Shown one piece after another: positions 40,575 to 50,182 of a DNA stretch of 64,000 nucleotides (position 1 is its first letter; every line of letters starts with the position of its first letter). This stretch comes from Acidobacteriota bacterium (GTDB taxonomy: Bacteria; Acidobacteriota; UBA6911; RPQK01; JAJDTT01): the NCBI GenBank assembly GCA_965209055.1, contig OZ242374.1, forward strand, positions 256,001 through 320,000, given 5' to 3'. The notes under the pieces are model-generated. The model did no database searches, had not been told where the DNA came from, and was given only the letters and a program-made list of their open reading frames with translations. The translations under genes and the position numbers were made by a program.

Positions 40575-40629
40575 CGATGTGGGCGAGATCGTGAAATAAT
40601 AAACGCAAAGCATTCAGGAGTTCGAAGCC

Positions 40630-42072
40630 ATGTTCCACCCCTTGCAACCACCGCCGTTGGACCGCCGCGACATGCTGCACCGGCTGGGTGCGGGATTCGG
40701 CGTCCTGGGTCTGGCGGGCGTCCTGGCTGACGAGCGTGTTCTGGGGACCGGGGATTCGGGAGCGCCGCTCTCGGCAACGGGTTCGCCGCTGGCGCCCAGG
40801 GCGCCCCATTTCGCTCCCCGGGCCAAGCACGTGATCCAGCTCTTCATGCCGGGCGGGCCCTCCCAGGTGGACACCTTCGACTACAAGCCGGAGATCCGGA
40901 AGTACCAGGGACAGCGTCCCGCCATCGTGGACCGGAAATCCCTTCGGAACACCAAGAACGGGCTCTTTCCGTCGCCTTTCGGATTCAAGCGGTATGGCGA
41001 GTGCGGCAAGTGGGTCAGCGACATTTTCCCGCGCGTGGGTGAGTGCGTCGACGACATCTGCTTCGTTCACTCCATGCACACGAACATACCGGAGCACGCC
41101 GGGGCCATCCTGATGATGAACCTGGGCCACCTGCAGCCCAGCCGGCCCAGCATGGGTTCCTGGCTGGTCTACGGACTGGGTTCCGACAACCAGGATCTTC
41201 CCGGGTTCGTGGCCATGAGCCCCCGGGGCCAGCCGCGTGGAAAGCTGGCGAACTGGGGGAACTCCTTCCTCCCCGGGGCGTATGCCGGAACCTACGTGAA
41301 CCTGCACGAGATGAAGCCGGACCGGATCTTGAGGGACCTCAAGAACAACTGGCTGCCCCGGACCGAACAGCGCCAGCAGGTCGATCTCCTGACCCGCCTC
41401 AACCGGCTCGACCTGGAGCGGCAGCAACGGGACCAGAACCTGGAGAGCAGCATCCAGGCCATGGAGATGGCCTTCCGGATGCAGTTTGCCGCCCCGGAGG
41501 CGTTCGACCTCTCCCAAGAGAGCAAGGCCACTCGGGAACTCTACGGCGACACCGAGTATGCCAAGGGCTGCCTGCTGGCCCGGCGTCTGGTGGAGCGGGG
41601 AGTGCGGATGGTTCAGATCTCCCACTCCATCGACCACTACGACATCGCGTGGGATACGGGGCACAGCGACATCGCCGGTGGTCACAAGAAGCTGGCCGAT
41701 GCCTGCGACCGGGGGATCGCGGCCCTGATCAAAGATCTGAAACAGCGGGGCATGCTGGACGAGACCCTGGTGATCTGGGGCGGGGAGTTCGGCCGGGCGC
41801 CCACTTCGGAAGGGCAAAAGGGACGGGACCACGACCACTACGGCTTCACGGTCTGGATGGCCGGCGGCGGCGTCAAGGGAGGCTTCAGCTACGGCGCCAC
41901 CGACCAGTTCGGTCTCACGGCGGTGGAGAACCGCGTGCACGTCCATGACCTCCACGCCACCATCCTGCATCTCATGGGCATCGACCACGAGCGGCTCACC
42001 TACCGCTATTCGGGCCGTGACTTCCGCCTGACCGACGTGCACGGGAAGGTGGTCCACGACATCATCGCGTGA
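40630..42072 (+). CDS. DUF1501 domain protein, Tat signal
   Basis: DRRDML, GGPSQVDTFDYKP, ARRLVERGVR, WGGEFGR, GRDH, DLHATILHLMG. Confidence 0.92.
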   Translation: MFHPLQPPPLDRRDMLHRLGAGFGVLGLAGVLADERVLGTGDSGAPLSATGSPLAPRAPHFAPRAKHVIQLFMPGGPSQVDTFDYKPEIRKYQGQRPAIVDRKSLRNTKNGLFPSPFGFKRYGECGKWVSDIFPRVGECVDDICFVHSMHTNIPEHAGAILMMNLGHLQPSRPSMGSWLVYGLGSDNQDLPGFVAMSPRGQPRGKLANWGNSFLPGAYAGTYVNLHEMKPDRILRDLKNNWLPRTEQRQQVDLLTRLNRLDLERQQRDQNLESSIQAMEMAFRMQFAAPEAFDLSQESKATRELYGDTEYAKGCLLARRLVERGVRMVQISHSIDHYDIAWDTGHSDIAGGHKKLADACDRGIAALIKDLKQRGMLDETLVIWGGEFGRAPTSEGQKGRDHDHYGFTVWMAGGGVKGGFSYGATDQFGLTAVENRVHVHDLHATILHLMGIDHERLTYRYSGRDFRLTDVHGKVVHDIIA

Positions 42073-42116
42073 GCGCCCGCGGCGGCCGCTGCCGCGGTTT
42101 TCCCACGGAGTTGGCA

Positions 42117-43259
42117 ATGGTCGCTGACACGGATCGCAGGAACTTTCTCAAGACTCTGGGAGCCGCCGCCGGAACGGCCGCCCTGGGCCTGTCCAAGGCC
42201 GGGTGCGCGCCGCCGCCGGACGCCGGTCCGGAACGTCCCTCCCACCTGGTGAGGTTCGGACACACCGACCTGTGGGTCTCCCGGCTGTGCCAGGGAACCG
42301 CGTTCCGGAGCCATCTCTCCCGACGGGGGGACAGCAAAGAGGCCCACGATTTCTTGAGCCACTGCATCGACGTGGGGATCAACTTCTTCGATACGGCCGA
42401 GGCCTATGGGTCGGGCGAGTCGGAGATCGCCCTGGGCCACGGAATTGCGGGCCGCCGGCACGAGGTGGTGATCTCCACCAAGGCCAATCCGCGCGTCGAT
42501 GGTGAGAGGATCGCCGTCACCGAGCCGATCCTGAGAACCCGGGTGGAAGGCAGTCTCAAGCGCCTGGGAACCGACTACATCGATCTCTATTTCCTCCACG
42601 CCGCAGACCGGAAGACTCCCTCCTTTCATGACGAGAAGCCGGGCCGGGATGTTCCGACGCGGGCTCATATGGAGGAGATCGCCGCCGCCATGACCGCCCT
42701 GGTCGAGTCGGGCAAGATCCGCTATTGGGGGGTTTCCAATCACCTGCCCAGGCAGGTGGAGGAACTCTTGGAATCGGGGAATCAACCCGGCACGGCTCCC
42801 TTGGCGGGGCTGCAGGACTATTTCACCATCGTGGCCGGAGATCGCAGAAGCCTCATGGTCGACGGGCTGTTCCCCTTGATTCGGCGCGGAAACCTGGGAC
42901 TCATGGCCTTCAGCCCCTTGGGAGGGGGCAGTCTCGTGCCGGGACGGGAGGTCCCTGACGGATCCGCTCTCATGGACGTGGTGACGGTCCTGGACGAGGT
43001 GGCAGGGGAGCTGGGGGTCACCCGGCCCCAGGTCTGCGTCGCCTGGGTGGCCGCCCATTCCGAGGTGGCCAGCGTTCTCTCGGGCGCGGAAAAACCGGAG
43101 CACGTCGAGGAAAACCTCAAGGGGACCGAATTGACTCTGCCGGCCCCGGTCATGGCCAAGCTCAACGCCGCGGCGGAAGCCTACGCGGTCCGAACGATCC
43201 AAGAGAAGGCGGCGTTCCACCGATTCGGCGACCGCTCCGGCCGGCCGGCGCCGGCGTAA
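42117..43259 (+). CDS. Aldo/keto reductase with Tat-type N-terminus
   Basis: DRRNFLK. Catalytic D/Y (FDTAEAYG), K (ISTK), H (YFLH). SLKRLGTDYIDL, GKIRYWGVSN, FSPLGGG. Confidence 0.88.
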   Translation: MVADTDRRNFLKTLGAAAGTAALGLSKAGCAPPPDAGPERPSHLVRFGHTDLWVSRLCQGTAFRSHLSRRGDSKEAHDFLSHCIDVGINFFDTAEAYGSGESEIALGHGIAGRRHEVVISTKANPRVDGERIAVTEPILRTRVEGSLKRLGTDYIDLYFLHAADRKTPSFHDEKPGRDVPTRAHMEEIAAAMTALVESGKIRYWGVSNHLPRQVEELLESGNQPGTAPLAGLQDYFTIVAGDRRSLMVDGLFPLIRRGNLGLMAFSPLGGGSLVPGREVPDGSALMDVVTVLDEVAGELGVTRPQVCVAWVAAHSEVASVLSGAEKPEHVEENLKGTELTLPAPVMAKLNAAAEAYAVRTIQEKAAFHRFGDRSGRPAPA

Positions 43260-43292
43260 ACCGGCACCCGCCCTGACTTTCTCAACGGCAGC

Positions 43293-44456
43293 TCACGAGA
43301 CCCGCCACCGGACCACGCCCATGTGGTAGCGCTGGTGCATGGGGATCTGCTGGCAGTAGTAGGCGGTGACGATGGTGCCGTCCTTCAGTTGCACGCTGGA
43401 GGGGTAGCCGCCGTCGACGCCCCCCGGCCGCGTGTTCGCCCGGCGCACCGTCGTGTTGAAGAGGACTCGCGGCGCGCGCCAGGTCAGGCCCTCGTCGCGG
43501 CTGATCCGGGCGAAGACCCCCAACATTCCCCGCAGCCGGGAACCATAGGTGAGCAGGATCCCCCCGTCCTGCAATCGGATGAGGTTGGCCGGCATCTGTC
43601 CCGGAAGGGATGCGGGGCCCAGATGCTTCCAGGTCTGTCCGGCATCTTCCGAGACCGAGATGTGGGTATGACTGTTCCGGTGGGTCCGGGTGGCGGCCAG
43701 GAGCCGGGTTCCGCCGGTGACGAGCAGGGTCGACTCGTTGAAGTCGTCCACGCCGATGGGGCGGGGGTTGCCCCAGGTGCGCCCGTCGTCGTCGCTGTAG
43801 AAGATCCAGGCCGTATTGTGCCGGATGTGGTCGCCCGTGTAGCCCGTAACGGCCAGGCGGCCGTCGGGCAGGGCGACGATGTCGCCGAAGGGAATGACGT
43901 GATCCGCGCCGGGGGGCAGTTCCAGGCTGCTCCGGCAGGTCCAGGTCCTGAGGCCGTCGGTGGACCGGCAGACCACCGATTGCAGGACGGGCCTCATCTT
44001 GGTGACCGGATCGGGAGGCGCCACCTTGGAACCGCTGCAGAGGACCACGAAAGAGCCCTTTGGAGTGAGGCCGGCCGCCAGGTCCTTCCGGTTGGTCCCC
44101 GGTTCGTTGGGGGCCGGGGCGCTCACAAAGCTCCACATGCGGCCTCCGTCAACGCTTCTCCAGCACTCGGCGGCTCCGTCGCAGAAGCCGTGGCAGGGAC
44201 TCCCGAAGATGGTGGCGACGATGGAATCGTCGGGCATGAGGGTCAGGTTGGGCCAGGCGCACTTGTTGTCGATGGCGACGAAGCGCTCCACCCGGTCCAT
44301 GTGGACGAGGTGGCCGGTATCGCCGCTCTCGGCCGATGCCGGCGCCGGTGCTCCAAAGGCTGGCGCCTTCGCCGTTCCGACCCCGGCCAGCCCCAGGAGG
44401 GACGAGCCCACCATCCCGCGGCGGGTGAGCGTTCGGGCACGGAAGTGTCGTTTCAT
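43293..44456 (-). CDS. BNR/Asp-box sialidase-like beta-propeller, Tat signal
   Basis: LTRRGMV. Asp-boxes SVDGGRMW, STDGLRTW, SDDDGRTW, SEDAGQTW, SRDEGLTW. GGYPS. Confidence 0.8.
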   Translation of the reverse strand: MKRHFRARTLTRRGMVGSSLLGLAGVGTAKAPAFGAPAPASAESGDTGHLVHMDRVERFVAIDNKCAWPNLTLMPDDSIVATIFGSPCHGFCDGAAECWRSVDGGRMWSFVSAPAPNEPGTNRKDLAAGLTPKGSFVVLCSGSKVAPPDPVTKMRPVLQSVVCRSTDGLRTWTCRSSLELPPGADHVIPFGDIVALPDGRLAVTGYTGDHIRHNTAWIFYSDDDGRTWGNPRPIGVDDFNESTLLVTGGTRLLAATRTHRNSHTHISVSEDAGQTWKHLGPASLPGQMPANLIRLQDGGILLTYGSRLRGMLGVFARISRDEGLTWRAPRVLFNTTVRRANTRPGGVDGGYPSSVQLKDGTIVTAYYCQQIPMHQRYHMGVVRWRVS

Positions 44457-44482
44457 GCTGAACCTCCGGTGGAAAATGCGGA

Positions 44483-45562
44483 CTAACGGCGGCCGAGTCC
44501 GAACTCGCTCCCCATGGTGACGACCTTGCCGTCCCGGAAGTGCACCTCGATGAACTTGGAGCTGGCGAAGGGGCGGCCGTTATCGTCCCTGAAGATTCCC
44601 ACACGTTTCTTGGTTCTGGCGTCGTAGATGTCGGGGGCGTGGGAATAGGCGTATTTGCCGTCCAGGCTGAAGGTGACCCAGCCGTGGCCTCCCATGGAGA
44701 GATTCACGTGGCCCATCTCCCGGGGCGGCATCCGGGTGGCGTCGAAGTAGAAGAGCTTCCGGCCCGCCTGGTCGCTGATCCACAGTTCCTTGTGGTCCGG
44801 TGTCAGACCGGCGCCGTGGGTCCGATGGCGAATCTTCTCCTTGCCGGCGAAGACCCGGTGCAGGAGCTTGCCCTGTTTCAGATCGACCACGTCGAACCCG
44901 ACGTGCTTCCCCAGGCAGACGAAGGCCACGCTGTGGTCGCGGGTGACGGTGTACGGAAAGATCATGTACTCGCCCACGTCCGGGATCTGGCGGACGATGC
45001 TGTCGTCCCGAATGTCGAACATGGTCAGCATGGTCCGGGTTCCCAGGAAGACGTGCCGTCCGTCCAGGCCCACGATGCTGTTGTGGGCGTTGGGGCCCAC
45101 GGGGATCCGCTTGATGAATTCCCCGTTCCGGGCATTGATCACGACGAAGCCGGCGTCTTCCTCCGTGTACCAGAATCCGGTGGGAGCGTAGATCTTCTTG
45201 CCGTCCAGGGTGATGGAGGAACGGTCGCAACATCCCGGCGCAAAGGTGTTCTCCCACAGGATCTTCTCCGTCTCCAGGTCGAAAGCGCCCAGGCGGTGGT
45301 TGGTCGTGGAGTAATAGACGGAGTGGTTGACCAGGCTCCCGGTGAAGCCTCGAAGCCCTTCCTGGAAGATGGGGACGTGGATCCTCCGGACGAACTTGTG
45401 GCCGTTGTCGATATCGAAGATGAGGATTCCGGTGCCGGAGCGGCCTTGCACCTGAGCTCCGTCCGGTGTGCTCATGTACAGGTAGCGCCGGGTCTCGGAT
45501 TGGCCCGGGAGCATGGTCCCGAGGGCCAGAATAATTGCAACGATGGAAGTCAGGCGTGACAT
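44483..45562 (-). CDS. Exported YncE-like beta-propeller protein
   Basis: Signal peptide MSRLTSIVAIILALGTMLPG. Repeats ITLDGKKIY, GLTPDHKELW, FSLDGKYAY. Confidence 0.7.
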   Translation of the reverse strand: MSRLTSIVAIILALGTMLPGQSETRRYLYMSTPDGAQVQGRSGTGILIFDIDNGHKFVRRIHVPIFQEGLRGFTGSLVNHSVYYSTTNHRLGAFDLETEKILWENTFAPGCCDRSSITLDGKKIYAPTGFWYTEEDAGFVVINARNGEFIKRIPVGPNAHNSIVGLDGRHVFLGTRTMLTMFDIRDDSIVRQIPDVGEYMIFPYTVTRDHSVAFVCLGKHVGFDVVDLKQGKLLHRVFAGKEKIRHRTHGAGLTPDHKELWISDQAGRKLFYFDATRMPPREMGHVNLSMGGHGWVTFSLDGKYAYSHAPDIYDARTKKRVGIFRDDNGRPFASSKFIEVHFRDGKVVTMGSEFGLGRR

Positions 45563-45743
45563 GGCCGGAATTCTACTTCTCCGGTCCGGAGACTGTCCAT
45601 CCGGGCCAGGATGCCAAGCCGCGCACGATGAATCTTGTCCATTTGCCCGCCTCAGGACTGCGCCGTAGTAAACTGGTGGGATTGACGCGACTCTTTTCGC
45701 TGCCGCGGCCGACGAAGCGGAATTCAGGCAGGAGGAATTTCCC

Positions 45744-46841
45744 GTGAATAGTTTGGTGGGACAACCCCGGGAGGCGCTGGACACGCCGGCGCTGATGGTG
45801 GATCTGGATGTTCTTCAGCGCAACATCGACCGCATGACGGGGACCATCATTCGCGACGCCAAGGTGGGCTGGCGGCCCCATACCAAAGCCATGAAGACGC
45901 CGGCCCTGGCGAAACTGTGCCTTGAAGCGGGGGCCCACGGCATCACCTGCGCCAAGCTGGGGGAGGCCGAGGTCATGGCTGACGTCGGCATCCGCGACAT
46001 CCTGGTGGCCAACCAGATCGCGGGTCCGACGAAGATCGACCGTCTGGTCGACGTCTGCCGCCGGGCCGACGTGATGGTCTGTGTGGACCAGTTCGAAAAC
46101 GTCCGGGAGATCGACCGCGCCGCCGCAGCCAGGGGCGTTCGTCCCCGGGTCCTGATCGAGGTGGACGTGGGAATGCAGCGCGCCGGAGTCCTGCCGGGAG
46201 ATCCCAGCATCTCCCTGGCCCGCCGGATCGCCCGGTTGCGGCACGTCCGCTTCGCCGGGTTGCAGACCTGGGAGGCCCATGCGCTGTTCGAACCGGACAT
46301 GGGCAAGAAGAAACGGATGATCGAGGAGGCGTTGGGGAAGCTGACGGGCACGGCCCAGGCCATCCGGGATTCGGGGATTCCGGTGGAGATCGTCAGTTGC
46401 GGCGGCACCGGGACCTACTGGATCAGCGCTTTCGTTCCCGGCGTCACGGAGATCGAGGCGGGGGGCGGGATCTACTGCGACATCTCCTACCGCCGCCAGT
46501 TCGGCGTGGAACACGAGTTCGCGCTGACGATCCTCTCCACCGTGACCAGCCGGCCCCACCCCTCCCGCATCATCTGCGACGCCGGATTCAAGACCATGGG
46601 CCGGGTCGACGCGGATCCCGAGGTCCTGGGAGGGATCCATGCCAAGGAGTTCGTGATGTCAGCGGAGCACGGAATCATCCGGTTGGCCGAGCCCGGCGAA
46701 TCGCCCCGGGTGGGGGACAAGATCGAGATCATCCCCGGATACTCGGACTCGACGGTGTTCCTGCACGATGTCCTGTACGGAATCCGCAGCGGCCGCGTGG
46801 AGACGGCCTGGCCGCTGGTGGGCCGGGGAAAACTCCAGTAA
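45744..46841 (+). CDS. DSD1 / D-threonine aldolase family PLP-dependent enzyme
   Basis: LDTPALMVD, WRPHTKAMK (PLP Lys), EVDVGMQRAG, GGTGT, DAGFK, SAEHG. AGGAGG SD, GTG start. Confidence 0.85.
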   Translation: MNSLVGQPREALDTPALMVDLDVLQRNIDRMTGTIIRDAKVGWRPHTKAMKTPALAKLCLEAGAHGITCAKLGEAEVMADVGIRDILVANQIAGPTKIDRLVDVCRRADVMVCVDQFENVREIDRAAAARGVRPRVLIEVDVGMQRAGVLPGDPSISLARRIARLRHVRFAGLQTWEAHALFEPDMGKKKRMIEEALGKLTGTAQAIRDSGIPVEIVSCGGTGTYWISAFVPGVTEIEAGGGIYCDISYRRQFGVEHEFALTILSTVTSRPHPSRIICDAGFKTMGRVDADPEVLGGIHAKEFVMSAEHGIIRLAEPGESPRVGDKIEIIPGYSDSTVFLHDVLYGIRSGRVETAWPLVGRGKLQ

Positions 46842-46856
46842 TCGGCCGGAGTCCCA

Positions 46857-48167
46857 TCAGTTCTGGCCGATGCAGAACAGGGTGTTGTTGGTCCGGACGA
46901 ACAGTTGCCCCTGGGCTGCGATCACGGTGGAGCGGACCGGGGCGTCCTCGGCATCGCCCATGGCGATGTTGTTGAGGATTTCACCATCCGCAGCGTCCAC
47001 GATCACCACGTCCCCGTCGAAATTGATCAGGTAGAGCTTGCCGTCGCCGGCCAGGGGCGAAGCCTCGTACTTGCTGCGGCCCGGCGTCTGAATCGTCCAC
47101 TTCACCTTGCCCGTCTTGGGTTCGACTCGTGAAAGGGACTTCCGCACGTCGCTCAGGACGAAGAAGTCTCCGTCGTAGTAGGCGGGGGTGGGCACGTCGG
47201 AGGTCACCGCCCGGACATCCTTGCTGACCCAGGCGATGGAGCTGTCGTCCAGCTTTCCGACCCCGCCCGTCTTGATGGCGTAGATGGGGTCCCGCTTGGG
47301 GGCGCAGGCCAGGATCACGTCCTCGTTGGCCACGGGCGACGGAACCAGGCGCCAGTGCCGGATGCGCGTGGGATTCCAGGTTCCCCAGCGCCACAGCTCC
47401 TTTCCGGTCTCCAGGTCGTGGCCGCTGAGGTCGTCGCCTCCCACCACCAGCAGCTCGCGCCGCCCGTTGTGAACGAAGGGGACCGGGGTGGTGAAGGCCT
47501 CGCGGGATTCGGCCACCGCCTGGCTGGGACGGAAGCTGCGCCACAAGGTCTCGCCGGTCTCGGGCTTCATGGCCAGGATATAGGACCGGTTCTTGCGGTC
47601 CTTCAAGCCGCGTCCCTCGATGGGGACGTCGCGCTGCAGGACCTGGAGGTAGAGCTTCCCGTCGAAGATCAGGGGGCTGGAGGCAAAGGTCCAGAAGAAC
47701 GCGAATTCGCCGTAGTCATGTCCGATGTGCCGCCGCCAGAGCTGATGTCCCGAAAAGTCGAACGCCGCCATTTCTCCGTTGCCGTAGAAGAAGACGACCA
47801 CTTTGCCGTCAGTGGTGGGCGACGGCGAGGCGTAGTAGCTCCGGGTGTCCCGGCCGATTCCCGTGGAGATTTCCCGCTGCCAGAGCAGCTTGCCGCTGGT
47901 GCGGTCAAAGCAGAGGGCGTTCAGCGAATTGGCATTCGGGTCCGTGCTGGAAACGAAGACGTGATCCTCCCAGACGGCGGGCGTGGCCGCGCTGGGTCCG
48001 GGCAGGGCGGCGCGCCAAGCGATGTTCTCGGTCGGCGACCACTGAGTGGGCAGGGCCTGCTCAGGCGTCGATCCGTTGTAGCTCGGACCCCGGAAGTGAG
48101 GCCAGTTGCCGGAGTGGAGGGGGACAGCGGTGGAGAGAATCAGCACCAGGGAAGGCAGATATTTCAT
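46857..48167 (-). CDS. PQQ-binding-like beta-propeller repeat protein
   Basis: Signal peptide, NWPHFRGP, repeated xGKLLW/TGETLW/TGKELW motifs, ASP motifs. Confidence 0.85.
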   Translation of the reverse strand: MKYLPSLVLILSTAVPLHSGNWPHFRGPSYNGSTPEQALPTQWSPTENIAWRAALPGPSAATPAVWEDHVFVSSTDPNANSLNALCFDRTSGKLLWQREISTGIGRDTRSYYASPSPTTDGKVVVFFYGNGEMAAFDFSGHQLWRRHIGHDYGEFAFFWTFASSPLIFDGKLYLQVLQRDVPIEGRGLKDRKNRSYILAMKPETGETLWRSFRPSQAVAESREAFTTPVPFVHNGRRELLVVGGDDLSGHDLETGKELWRWGTWNPTRIRHWRLVPSPVANEDVILACAPKRDPIYAIKTGGVGKLDDSSIAWVSKDVRAVTSDVPTPAYYDGDFFVLSDVRKSLSRVEPKTGKVKWTIQTPGRSKYEASPLAGDGKLYLINFDGDVVIVDAADGEILNNIAMGDAEDAPVRSTVIAAQGQLFVRTNNTLFCIGQN

Positions 48168-48270
48168 GGTTTTGAACTCCGAAGTCGTTGGGTCGGAACA
48201 CTTGCATCATAACAGCCCGCGGCAAGAGGCGTCACGGCGTGCGGCCGCGTCCGCACGCCGGAGAAGCGCA

Positions 48271-49911
48271 TCAGAACTTGTAGGCGAAGAGCTTGGCCTG
48301 GAACATCCGGATGCGGAATGCCGCCGTCTCCCCGATCCCGGAGAGATCGCTCTTGCCCTTCCAGGTCACGACCCGGTCGGACTCGTCGCCCGTCAACCGG
48401 TCGGACTCGGCGAAGGTGAAGCCCTCGATGGGGGGCAGATCGGCCTGATTCATGGAGGGGCTCCTGGTCATCAGCTCCACGCTGATCCAGCCGCCCGGAG
48501 CGCAGCGGTAGTTCAACCGCAGTTCGTTGCCGTGCCGGTAGATGGTGGGAATCGTGAACCGGCCTTCGCTCTCCGCCTCGATCCCGATGAAGCGATGCGG
48601 TTGCCACAGCATGTAACGGATCTGAATGGGCCGGCCCTGGGGGAAGAGATGGTCGTGTCCGTAGACGTTGTGGAGGCTGGACATTCCCGTGTAGGGCACG
48701 GCCCAGCGGCCGTCGGGAAGCTCCAGCATGCCGTTGCGCCAGGTGTGCACCTGGCAATCGTCCCCGCTGCCCGGCGGGCCCACGGTGTGGATGGGCCGCC
48801 GCTCGGGCCGGATCCAGAAGAGGCCGTCGCGGCTGAAGGCGATCTGGGTGTCCACGTGGTCGTTTTGCTGGTGGTAGACGGGAATGACCATGACGTGGAG
48901 ATCGGTGCGACCCGGATAGGGGAAGTAGTTGGCTCCGTAAAAGGAGATGTCCAGGTCGTCCAGGGCATCGGGCGCCAGAATCAGCTTGGGGGCGGGCCAG
49001 GATCTGAAGTCCTTGGTGCGCGAGAACCCGATGACGCGGCGCTGGGTCTCCTCCTCGATGCGGGCGGTCCCGATCCCCGGCATCAGCTCGGCCGTGTTGC
49101 CCATGATCTGCTGGTAGGCGATGTACTCGCCGTTGGCCTCGTCGTAGTGGGCGGAGATGCCGCCGTTGACGGGACGCATGCCCAGGGCCTTCTCCAGCGG
49201 TTTCCAGTCCCGGCCGTCCGCCGAGATCCACCCCAGGGTGCGCCCCCAGATCTCGGCTCGGGGCCCCTTGTAATCCTTCTCGTAGGTCTCCCGGTTCCAA
49301 CGCCGCATGGCCTCCTCGCCTTCCAGGGGCTGCAGCGTCGCCGGGTCGTACCAGGCCATGTCGCCCCCCATGGCCTTGAAGCGTTCCGCCGCCGGCGCCC
49401 GGGGGTCGATGAAGACGCCCGTGGCGCCCCGGATGCCGTTTCGAAGGAGGTTGTTGGCCGACGACCCGTCGAATTCGACCTGGCCCATTTCCGGACGCGT
49501 CCAGTTGTAGCCATCGGTGCTGGTGGCGTAGGCGGTGGCGTTGGCCCGGGAGCATTCGTAGATCATGTGGAGAAGCCCGCCGGCCCTCCAGATGAACAGG
49601 GGGCCGATGAACTCTCCCTGCTCCCAATCGGCCGTCGCCTCCAGGAGGGGTTCGGAGCTCTCCGCCCGTTCGACTCGGAGCTTGACCCCGATGGCGCCGT
49701 CGAAGAGCCTGAAAACACCCTGGCGGTCCATCGCCCGGTTTCCCGGAAACACGTCGGTCACGTCGACGATGGGATTCCATGCCCCGTTGTTGACCCGTAT
49801 TCGCTTGGCCCGCTTCTGGGGCTCGGTGAAGGGAGAGGTCCTGACCTTCTCCCCGGCCTCGAGTTCCGCGGTGGCGCTCACCAAGAATGCGATCAAGAAC
49901 AGCTTGGTCAT
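48271..49911 (-). CDS. Exported putative glycoside hydrolase-like beta-propeller (paralog)
   Basis: AYATSTDG.NWTRP.MG.VEFDGS..NN, FSRDG, GRFT...ELRLN, C-terminal LFAYKF. Confidence 0.65.
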   Translation of the reverse strand: MTKLFLIAFLVSATAELEAGEKVRTSPFTEPQKRAKRIRVNNGAWNPIVDVTDVFPGNRAMDRQGVFRLFDGAIGVKLRVERAESSEPLLEATADWEQGEFIGPLFIWRAGGLLHMIYECSRANATAYATSTDGYNWTRPEMGQVEFDGSSANNLLRNGIRGATGVFIDPRAPAAERFKAMGGDMAWYDPATLQPLEGEEAMRRWNRETYEKDYKGPRAEIWGRTLGWISADGRDWKPLEKALGMRPVNGGISAHYDEANGEYIAYQQIMGNTAELMPGIGTARIEEETQRRVIGFSRTKDFRSWPAPKLILAPDALDDLDISFYGANYFPYPGRTDLHVMVIPVYHQQNDHVDTQIAFSRDGLFWIRPERRPIHTVGPPGSGDDCQVHTWRNGMLELPDGRWAVPYTGMSSLHNVYGHDHLFPQGRPIQIRYMLWQPHRFIGIEAESEGRFTIPTIYRHGNELRLNYRCAPGGWISVELMTRSPSMNQADLPPIEGFTFAESDRLTGDESDRVVTWKGKSDLSGIGETAAFRIRMFQAKLFAYKF

Positions 49912-49950
49912 GATTGGACCTCTCCGGAGAAACACATGAGACATGAATTG

Positions 49951-49974
49951 ATGATGGAAACCGGTTTCAATAAT
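49951..49974. promoter_or_regulatory. Palindromic operator, LacI/GalR-like
   Basis: Perfect core GAAACCGGTTTC (49957-49968) inside imperfect ATGATGGAAACCGGTTTCAATAAT. Abuts a minus-strand TATTAT -10-like hexamer. Confidence 0.55.
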
Positions 49975-50182
49975 ATTGCACCGTTCGGCGACTGGAAGCT
50001 GTTGGATGTTGCGAGAACAAGCGGAATGAGCGGAATGAACTGAAAGATTGGGACGCGCCGGAATACCCCGATTCCGTTGTTTGGCCTTTTTGGGAAAGCC
50101 CGAACCTCACCATAGCGATCCCCGCCAATAAGCAACTGATCTAGTCCGTGGATTTTCGTCCACAAGACACAGGGAGATTCGC

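Noticed and set aside
50020-50037. AGCGGAATG tandem duplication in intergenic DNA
   Set aside because: Only two copies of 9 bp, which is compatible with chance or slippage.
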